64,000 bases of DNA, taken from contig OMWX01000003.1 in assembly GCA_900314875.1 (NCBI GenBank), positions 184,729 to 248,728 on the forward strand, written 5' to 3'. A model generated the notes under the pieces. The model made no database searches and was not told where the DNA came from. It saw nothing but the letters and a program-made list of their open reading frames with translations. This DNA comes from an uncultured Actinomycetes bacterium. GTDB taxonomy: Bacteria > Actinomycetota > Actinomycetes > Actinomycetales > Bifidobacteriaceae. A program made the translations under genes and the position numbers. This document shows positions 19,512-26,828 of this stretch, one piece after another (the first letter of the stretch is position 1; the number at the start of each line of letters is the position of its first letter).

Positions 19512-19541
19512 CCAAACTTAAATGCAAATTCGACAGAAAGC
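19512..19541 (+). other. Spacer-length slot after the last repeat that matches the chromosome at 55447-55475 (29/30), with no downstream repeat
   Basis: ccaaacttaaatgcaaattcgacagaaag occurs at 19512-19540 and at 55447-55475. Identity starts exactly at the first nt after repeat 11. Confidence 0.85.
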
Positions 19542-20089
19542 CGTCTGCGCTGCGGCATGCGTATAACCGCCTCCGCCGCAAATCCCGAGAGAACCGATGC
19601 GTTTCTCATCCGCCGTTCGAATGCGCCGCAGTAACGACCGCATGCTTCCGATTGTCCGAATCATGCCGGCAGATTCATATCATCAAATTCTCTTCGGCTT
19701 ATCTTCAGCTTCTTCCCGGCTTCATGCCGGCGAATTGCAGAATCGGCGGTTCATTCAGCTGTTATCGTCGAATATTAGCAAAATTCATATGTTTTAATCG
19801 AAAATTTCCGATATTCATTTCGCATTAGCACAGGACAAAACCGCATTTGCGCAGAAGCAAAACCGCATTCGCGCAGGAGACAAAAATCCCTCAGAACAAA
19901 AATCTCTGTACAAATATTGTTTTATAACATTTATTTTGCAATAATAATATAAACAAAACGGTTTGACCGAAACGCGCAAACCGCACAAACACAGCTTTAA
20001 CAAACACAGCTTTAACGGGCATTGCTAAATGCAAACTTTGTTTAACAAACTTTGCTTTAAAGCAATTTTGCACAGAAAGGCGCAAGATT

Positions 20090-20311
20090 ATGCAGCACAG
20101 AGATCGAACTCAGTTTTTGGAATGGATGCGCGAAAGAAATATTCTTCAGAAAGATTTGGCAGAGGTTTTGGGACTTTCACTCGGCGCGGTAAACCAAAAA
20201 TTGCAGGGAAACACGGGTTTCACCGAAAAAGACTTTATAAAACTGTTCAACCATTACGGGTTATCCGCCGACTTTGTTATGGGAATAACCGCAAAACCGT
20301 TTGTATTCTAA
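20090..20311 (+). CDS. Small XRE-family helix-turn-helix protein (73 aa)
   Basis: ILQKDLAEVLGLSLGAVNQKLQG is a typical HTH_XRE motif. GAAAGG lies 9 nt upstream of the ATG, and tandem 15-bp duplications lie upstream. Confidence 0.6.
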   Translation: MQHRDRTQFLEWMRERNILQKDLAEVLGLSLGAVNQKLQGNTGFTEKDFIKLFNHYGLSADFVMGITAKPFVF

Positions 20312-20419
20312 GGTTTTCTCTTTTAAGACGATTTCATTCCGGAAACAAAACCGAAGCAAAATCGGAACAAAAATCGCGATTTGTCGTAAATTTTGCCGGA
20401 TATTTTTCTTGATTTGGTG

Positions 20420-20986
20420 TAATTTCAGGGAAAAATTATACGCTGAACTCAATCAACAAATTCAGAAAAAATACGCAAAACTGTTGCATACGCCGTATAT
20501 TCTTCATGCTGACGACCCGGGCGAAAAAGACGGAATCACGTGCCTGTCGGTCTATATGACAAAGCTTCTCAGACTTCGGGACTTCCGATTTGGCAGATAG
20601 CTGCGATTATGTATCAGGAGTCGGCTTTTGATCCGTCCGCGTATGCCGACGACGCGAATGGCGGAACTTGGGGACTTTTTCAGATGAATCGTATCGTATG
20701 GTGCTCAGTGCACGAGGCGGGGAACATGGAATGAAACGCCGGACGGCATAACCGACCCGATGATTCACGCAGAATACGGCGGAAAATATTAAAGGAGCGT
20801 CTGGAAAATATCCGGTCCGCAAAACAACAATATCCGACGGCAGATTTTGCAAGCATTTCCGATTTAGATGCGCTTGTTATCGCTCATAATGCGGGCGAAA
20901 CGACTCTGATAAATTATCCTGACAAGCTTCCCGATATTACAAAAAATTATCTTTCCGACGTTCACAGACTTACTTCTTGTCAGTAA
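20420..20986 (+). pseudogene. Frameshifted and truncated SLT-domain lytic transglycosylase (mobile-element type)
   Basis: The SLT core IAAIMYQESAFDPSAYADDANGGTWGLFQMN is in one frame. The upstream part (..KKYAKLLHTPYILHADDPGEKDG..) and downstream part (..LKERLENIRSAKQQYPTADFASISDLDALVIAHNAGETTLINYP..) are in other frames. There is no signal peptide or intact start. Confidence 0.6.
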
Positions 20987-21020
20987 ATTCGTATCATTGT
21001 TCAAGAACGGCAAAAATCGT

Positions 21021-21056
21021 CTGTCTGCATCTTTGCGGCAGGCGGTTTTTATTTTT
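21021..21056 (+). terminator. Intrinsic terminator after the SLT pseudogene
   Basis: Stem ctgtctgc / gcaggcgg (2 G-U pairs), a 9-nt loop, then tttttattttt. Confidence 0.55.
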
Positions 21057-21440
21057 AAAATTTTTTAAGAAATGCCAGAATAATTTCATAATATTCATCA
21101 AAAAGATTTTCGTTGATTTTTCGGCGATTTCATAATGATTTCATAATGATTTTCCAATGATTTTCGCGATGCTTTCGCAATATTTTCACGGCAATTTTCT
21201 AAAAAATTTTGAAACAATATTCCATTGTCCGATACATCGTGATACGATACTTCATGATACGAAATAACATAACACACAACATAACGCACAACATAAACAC
21301 AACTTAAAACTCGCAAAATTAAAAATCGCAAAACAATTTCGAATTTCAAAATAAAATTCAAAATAGCGAAACAAAATGCGAGAACATTTACAAAAAACGG
21401 GCATCCGCCCGGCACAAAAACGCAAATAAGGAGGTGTATC

Positions 21441-21773
21441 ATCGACATCCAGCTCAAGCGCGGTCTTCTGGACGTATGCGTTCTCGCTTCGATAAAAAAC
21501 GAAGACTCATACGGTTACAAAATCATGAAAGATGTCAAACCCTACCTGGAGCTGTCGGAATCGACACTGTACACGATTCTCAAGCGGCTCGAAGCGGCAC
21601 ACATGCTGACAGTCAAAACCATGACATACAGCGGAAGACTGCGAAAATACTATCACATAACCGAAAACGGAATTGCCCGGCTGAACGACTTTGAAAACGA
21701 CTGGCAGGAAATGCTTCGCATACACCAGTTCATAACCGACAATTCGCAACCGACGAAAGCAGAGAATGAGTAG
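21441..21773 (+). CDS. PadR-family transcriptional regulator (no canonical start codon)
   Basis: The in-frame translation from 21441 reads (I)DIQLKRGLLDVCVLASIKNEDSYGYKIMKDVKPYLELSESTLYTILKRLE, a PadR winged helix. The only codon at proper spacing after AAGGAGG is ATC. Confidence 0.75.
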   Translation: MDIQLKRGLLDVCVLASIKNEDSYGYKIMKDVKPYLELSESTLYTILKRLEAAHMLTVKTMTYSGRLRKYYHITENGIARLNDFENDWQEMLRIHQFITDNSQPTKAENE

Positions 21774-22386
21774 AGAAATATTTTTACAGACGCTGCGCAG
21801 AAAACTGGCTTTTCTGCCGCAGAACGAAATCGAAGAGCGCATAGCCTTTTATGCGGAAATAATCGACGAACGCATGGCAGACGGAATGTCTGAAAATGAC
21901 GCTGTGGCAGCCGCCGGGTCTCCCGACGAGATTGCGCAGCAGATGATGTGCGAAACACCGTTCAAAAAGATTATTTCAGAAAACGTAAAATCTAAAAGCA
22001 CAAAAAACTGGAATCCCCGGAAAACGGCTCTAATACTTTTGACAATCCCCCTGTGGGCTCCGCTGGCTTTCGCGCTGACAATATTTACCGGCGCAATATT
22101 CTTCTCGATTTGGATAATTGCATTTGCTTTGATGTTTGCGGCAGCCCTGTGTCTTTTCAGTTTTATTCTTTCCATACCGCAAAGCATTGAATTTTTCAAA
22201 GAAGGAGCAACAGCCGCGGGAATCTTTATTCTTGGCGAAGGCTTGTGCGGCACGGGACTTGCAATACTCGTGCTGTCATTCAGCGATTCGATTATCTCCA
22301 AAACAAAAGAACTTTCGAACAAGCTGGTGCTGAAAGTAAAATCTTTCGTCGCCAAGAAGGAGAACCGCTCTTATCATGAAGCATAA
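21766..22386 (+). CDS. DUF1700-family membrane protein (PadR-operon partner)
   Basis: The N-terminus SREIFLQTLRRKLAFLPQNEIEERIAFYAEIIDE is typical of DUF1700. It has C-terminal TM helices and overlaps the PadR stop. Confidence 0.75.
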   Translation: MSREIFLQTLRRKLAFLPQNEIEERIAFYAEIIDERMADGMSENDAVAAAGSPDEIAQQMMCETPFKKIISENVKSKSTKNWNPRKTALILLTIPLWAPLAFALTIFTGAIFFSIWIIAFALMFAAALCLFSFILSIPQSIEFFKEGATAAGIFILGEGLCGTGLAILVLSFSDSIISKTKELSNKLVLKVKSFVAKKENRSYHEA

Positions 22387-23233
22387 AAAAATATTCATCA
22401 CAGGCATTGCAGTATTTTCAGCAGGTCTTATTGCCTGCTTTTCAAGCATTGCAGCCTCAGGATTCAGCTACAGCAAATTGCAGAGCGAATACATGGAAAC
22501 CCGCGAATACGAAATAACCGACAATTTCAAAAAAATAGATTTGTCGGGCGATAAAATGAATAATATCGTTTTCGAACGTTCAAACAGCAGCAAAGCAAAA
22601 GTCGTATGCACTGTGAGAAAAAATTCGCAATGCGACGCAAAAAGCGAATCAGACACTCTTAAGATCAGCAGCAAAACTGAGAAAAAGGGTTGGTCTTTCT
22701 CATTCAATTTCGGTCCTTTCAGCAGCGATTCGACCGAAATTAAGGTATATCTGCCTTCCGAAAGCTACGATTCGCTTACAGTCAAATCGTCTTGGGGCAA
22801 CGTAAACATGCCGGCAGATTTCAAATTCAATGCGGCAAAAATCGAAACATCCTCAGGCAACATTAATTGGAGCGCGCAAATCAGCACAAAAGCAGAAGCA
22901 GAAACAAGCGCGGGAAACATCAGATTCAGCAATATGACCGCAGAAAATCTCAACCTTAAAACATCTGCCGGCAACATTGAATTGAACAATACCGTCTGCA
23001 AAAACAGCCTGGAAGCGGAAACCAACATGGGCAACATCAATTTCAATCACAGCGATGCGAAAAGCATTAACGCAGAAAGCAACATGGGAAACATAAGAGG
23101 AACGCTGCTCACCGGCAAGCAATTCTCAACAAAAACCAACATGGGAAGCGCAAAAGTGCCGGAATCGACGGGAGATCAAAAATGCGAGCTGGTCACAAAC
23201 ATGGGAGATATTGACGTCAGCATTGCAAAATAG
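22376..23233 (+). CDS. DUF4097-family beta-strand-repeat protein (putative adhesin-like)
   Basis: It has an N-terminal TM or signal segment. Repeated SAGNI/NMGNI units occur (SSGNINW, SAGNIRF, SAGNIEL, NMGNINF, NMGNIRG, NMGSAKV, NMGDIDV). Confidence 0.75.
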   Translation: MKHKKIFITGIAVFSAGLIACFSSIAASGFSYSKLQSEYMETREYEITDNFKKIDLSGDKMNNIVFERSNSSKAKVVCTVRKNSQCDAKSESDTLKISSKTEKKGWSFSFNFGPFSSDSTEIKVYLPSESYDSLTVKSSWGNVNMPADFKFNAAKIETSSGNINWSAQISTKAEAETSAGNIRFSNMTAENLNLKTSAGNIELNNTVCKNSLEAETNMGNINFNHSDAKSINAESNMGNIRGTLLTGKQFSTKTNMGSAKVPESTGDQKCELVTNMGDIDVSIAK

Positions 23234-23309
23234 AAAGGCATTCTCCCCCTGCTCAAAGGTTCTGTCAGGTTATCTCTGTCAGGTTATCTGACATCAGGGC
23301 GAAAAATCA

Positions 23310-23352
23310 GGGCGGAAGGTCAGGCTTATTTGCCGGTTTCCGCCCTTTTTTG
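23310..23352 (+). terminator. Intrinsic terminator of the PadR operon
   Basis: gggcggaa ... ttccgccc (8-bp stem) followed by tttttt. Confidence 0.6.
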
Positions 23353-23400
23353 ACATTTCGCCTGTTCCTATTTTTAACATCTGTCTGCTGTTTTCATGCT

Positions 23401-23430
23401 TTTTGCTGTTTTTTGCTGTTTTTTGCTGTT
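23401..23430. repeat. Tandem repeat of 10 bp x3 (ttttgctgtt)
   Basis: Three perfect head-to-tail copies, with a degenerate copy upstream. Confidence 0.9.
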
Positions 23431-23487
23431 TCTTTCTTGCTTTTCTTGATTTTCTTGTTTTTTTTCTTTTGCCGCATTTTTCGATAT

Positions 23488-23556
23488 CTGTTTAACGTCT
23501 GTTTAACGTCTGTTTAACGTCTGTTTAACGTCTGTTTAACGTCTGTTTAACGTCTG
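23488..23556. repeat. Tandem repeat of 11 bp x6 (ctgtttaacgt)
   Basis: Six perfect head-to-tail copies at 23488-23553 plus a partial 7th copy (ctg). Confidence 0.95.
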
Positions 23557-23894
23557 CCCGCTTATCTGCTCATTTTTATGCTAATCCGTCGCGGCTGCTT
23601 CGGCATTTTAAGACTCAGCCGTACGCTGTTAAAAACTGCAAAACATCACAAAACACAGCAAAACGTCGAGACAACAGAATATGCCGGCACACTGATACAT
23701 CCTGCGACACGTCCTGCAACACATCCTGCGACACGCCGAGACACGCCGGGACGCGCCGCAAAAAATAAGGCTTTCCGCAAGTTCTGCCTTCATGTTTGAA
23801 ACCAATTGTCCTCACAGGTGCGTAACGTTAATCGGTTCTGCTCCGATAAGCGCAGAACATACGCAAAAGAAAATAAAATTCTATAAGGAGCATA

Positions 23895-24257
23895 ATGAAA
23901 AAGAAAAAACTTGCCTGGATTATCGGCATAATTCTGGCATTAATAATATGCTGCGCCATAAACGAAGCGGCTTCAACACCCGAGGAAATGCCGAATCTGG
24001 TCGGAAAGTCGGTTTCAGAAGCGAAAAATGAACTGAATTCCATAGGATTTAAAAATGTAGAAGTTACAAACAAAATAACGACGGGGACGGTAAAATCTCA
24101 GAATTTCGAGCCCGGAAGCAAGCATAAAAAAACTGAAAAAGTCGTGCTTGAGGCCGAGAGAACCAAAGAAACAAAACAAAAAGAGAAAGAAAAGCAGGAA
24201 GAAAAGCAGGAAGAGCTGAACAAGAAAGCCGAAGAGCTTAAAAGCGAGCAAGGGTAA
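23895..24257 (+). CDS. Small membrane-anchored PASTA-domain protein with a Lys/Glu-rich tail
   Basis: TM segment LAWIIGIILALIICCAI, then MPNLVGKSVSEAKNELNSIGFKNVEV (PASTA-like), then a KEKEKQEEKQEE tail. AGGAG lies upstream. Confidence 0.6.
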   Translation: MKKKKLAWIIGIILALIICCAINEAASTPEEMPNLVGKSVSEAKNELNSIGFKNVEVTNKITTGTVKSQNFEPGSKHKKTEKVVLEAERTKETKQKEKEKQEEKQEELNKKAEELKSEQG

Positions 24258-24333
24258 GAATACAGATACAAATACAAATAAGAAAAAGTGCAGAGCTTTT
24301 CAGCTTCGCACTTTTGTCCACTTGTCTTGCAAG

Positions 24334-24406
24334 TGCCCCGGGCCGGATTCGAACCGGCGACCTCCGACTTAGAAGGACGTTGCTCTATCCCCTGAGCTAC
24401 CAGGGC
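24334..24406 (-). tRNA. tRNA-Arg (anticodon TCT), 73 nt, no encoded CCA
   Basis: The reverse complement folds as a cloverleaf: acceptor GCCCTGG/CCGGGGC, D stem GCTC/GAGC, anticodon loop CTTCTAA, T arm GCCGG-TTCGAAT-CCGGC. From memory, it looks close to E. coli argU around the anticodon arm. The anticodon stem has two non-Watson-Crick pairs. Confidence 0.85.
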
Positions 24407-24579
24407 AATGCGCAAATTAATGCGCACAATGTGCAATTATAACGCATATGCCGCACAATTTGCACGCGCGTGTCAAAATTCGGCAAAATTCAACAAACAG
24501 ACTGCCAAACGAACCGGCTGTCAAACGGCACGGATGCCATATGACTCCTGTCATACGACTCTGCTGCCGACAGACAGAT

Positions 24580-26658
24580 TCAGCCCGCGTAAATCTGCGC
24601 CTGCATATCCCGGCGCAGCTTTTCCAGTTCGGTCAGTTCAGACAGAAGTTCGATTTTCGCTTTCTCGTCCGTCTCCCTCTGCATTCTCAGTTTTCCTTCG
24701 GCAATTTTGCTCATAATCATGCCGTCAAGCATATCCGCAAGAAAACTGCGTGCAAGCTTTTTCTCTTCTTCTGTCGTTTCAATCGATCCGACGCTCAAAT
24801 CAAGCGTATTAATCCTTCTCTCGCTATTTTTAATGCGCTGCTCATGATACGACATGTAAGGAAGCGGCAAAACAAGCAGAGCGCGAATCGCGCTTTCCAA
24901 ACCCGAGCCTGCCGCAGAAAGCAGTTTATTAATCCACTCTCCGCGTTTCATATCATCATCGGGAAGACCTCCGGCAACTACAACAGCCTCAAAAAGCGAG
25001 CGGAAAACCGGATTTTTAAACGCAGACGGCTCAAGATACGAGAACAAAACATTGTCAATAAGCTGCGGCAGCAGAATAAGAATCATAAAAAACTGCTGTT
25101 CGCGAATAAAAACAGGATCCGCAATGCGTGTTTCGGAGTTAATCGGACGATTCTGATAATTGTCTCTCGCATACTGAATGACATTAAGAATCATTTCGTC
25201 GGAAAAAACTGATTTTTTGGGCGCAAAACGCTGTTCGAACTCATTTTCCCTTGCCGAAACCGCCCCTCTGCGCCTGTCCGCTTCGCGCACTTTATCGCGA
25301 ACCGTCTGCCAGTCGGCTCCCGCCAGACCGGCTGCAAAACGCGAAAACTCGTCATGCAAAGAAACGTCGCGAATCGCTGTGATTTCCTCGGCAGCGCGAT
25401 TAATCAGGTCAGCTCTGTTCGACACCTGTTTCATGTCATACTCGTTCACAGCCGCGCGAATAACCTGCTCATACAAAGGAGAAGCCTTCTGAATCAAATC
25501 CCGCACGGCAGCATCTCCGCGCTGAATGCGCAAATCGCACGGGTCAAGATTATTCTCCACAATCGTCGCATAAGTCTGAGTGAGAAAATCATTGTCGAAC
25601 CTGTAAGCTTTGCGCATTGCTTCGCGCCCGGCTTTATCTCCGTCAAAAGTAAAAATAATGCGGCAGCTTCCGTCTTTTTTCGCGCCTCGCAGCTGTATTC
25701 CGCCCAAAGAATCGTCGCGAATGTATCTGCGCGCAATTTTGACATGCTCTGCTCCGAAAGCAGTGCCGCATGTGGCGACCGCCGTATCCACCCCGGCCAG
25801 GTGGCAGGCCATAACATCCGTATAACCCTCGACAACCACAATCTGCCGCTTTTTCACGATTGCCGGCTTCGCAATGTCCAAGCCGTACAAAACCTTGTTT
25901 TTGCGATATAAAACAGTATCGGGCGTATTCATGTATTTTGCAGTGACGGGGTCATCGTCATAAAGCCTGCGAGCGCCGAATCCCAAAGTTCTTCCCATCG
26001 CGTCGCGTATAGGCCATGTGACCCGGCCTCGAAAATAATCGTAAACTCCGCGAGGTCCTTGTCTGGCAACGCCGGCGTCAATCATTTCCTGCTGAGTAAA
26101 GCCTTTTCCGGCAAGATAACGGGTAAGAGCATTCCACTCGTTTAGCGCGTAACCGCAGCCGAAACGCTCGCAGTCTGCTTGGGAAAACTTGCGTTCTGCA
26201 AGCATTTTTCGCGCCGGCAGCGCCTCTTTTTCCGTAAGATTCGACTGAAAGAAATCCTGCGCGACCTGGCAAATCTGAAGCAGACGGGCTCGCGAAGACG
26301 GTTTTGTTCTGTCGTCGCGCGAATTGTTTTTCATTCCCGAGGACTCGTATCGAAGTTCTATATTGTATTTGTCCGCAAGATATTCGACCGCTTCAATAAA
26401 GCCGATTCCTTCGGTTCTCTCAACATACCGAATCGTGTCTCCTCCGGCTCCGCAGCCGAAGCAGTGCCATATTCCCAGTTCGGGACGAATGCTGAAACTG
26501 GGCGTTTTCTCATCATGGAAAGGGCACAGTCCCATGTAGGTTCCCGCACCGGAAACCTTAAGCTGAACCGTAGCGGAAACCAGTTCGTACAAATCCGCAG
26601 CGGCAGTGACTCTGTCGATATCATCAGATACGATACGCATTTGTTTCCTCTTTCCCAA
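24580..26658 (-). CDS. dnaG: DNA primase
   Basis: CHC2 zinc finger (CPFHDEKTPSFSI..WHCFGCGAGGD) and a TOPRIM region (VVVEGYTDV). Confidence 0.93.
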   Translation of the reverse strand: MGKRKQMRIVSDDIDRVTAAADLYELVSATVQLKVSGAGTYMGLCPFHDEKTPSFSIRPELGIWHCFGCGAGGDTIRYVERTEGIGFIEAVEYLADKYNIELRYESSGMKNNSRDDRTKPSSRARLLQICQVAQDFFQSNLTEKEALPARKMLAERKFSQADCERFGCGYALNEWNALTRYLAGKGFTQQEMIDAGVARQGPRGVYDYFRGRVTWPIRDAMGRTLGFGARRLYDDDPVTAKYMNTPDTVLYRKNKVLYGLDIAKPAIVKKRQIVVVEGYTDVMACHLAGVDTAVATCGTAFGAEHVKIARRYIRDDSLGGIQLRGAKKDGSCRIIFTFDGDKAGREAMRKAYRFDNDFLTQTYATIVENNLDPCDLRIQRGDAAVRDLIQKASPLYEQVIRAAVNEYDMKQVSNRADLINRAAEEITAIRDVSLHDEFSRFAAGLAGADWQTVRDKVREADRRRGAVSARENEFEQRFAPKKSVFSDEMILNVIQYARDNYQNRPINSETRIADPVFIREQQFFMILILLPQLIDNVLFSYLEPSAFKNPVFRSLFEAVVVAGGLPDDDMKRGEWINKLLSAAGSGLESAIRALLVLPLPYMSYHEQRIKNSERRINTLDLSVGSIETTEEEKKLARSFLADMLDGMIMSKIAEGKLRMQRETDEKAKIELLSELTELEKLRRDMQAQIYAG

Positions 26659-26828
26659 GGCTTATTTTAAGGTTTTTAGCGGGTTTTTCAGGCTGCTGCA
26701 GGCTATTTTGCATAATGTTTTGCGCACTGGAGCAGGCTGTTTGCAGATTTTGCGGTTTTTGCCGTCCGCAAAGCGTCTGAATCCCATATAACCTGAATCC
26801 CCTATAATTTTACAGTTTTAAAAATCTT

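Noticed and set aside
19274-19828. 184-aa ORF running through the CRISPR array
   Set aside because: The repeated peptide FRCPSYQPGRP is simply the translated CRISPR repeat, so this is not a gene.
21098-21457. 119-aa minus-strand ORF in the AT-rich block
   Set aside because: Its sequence is hydrophobic and low complexity, generated by the direct repeats (..VVRYVVCYVISYHEVSYHDVS..). It has no SD, and it overlaps the PadR SD and start region.
24098-24436. 112-aa minus-strand ORF overlapping the tRNA-Arg gene
   Set aside because: It spans a tRNA and the antisense strand of the PASTA gene's Lys/Glu-rich tail, so it is an artefact.
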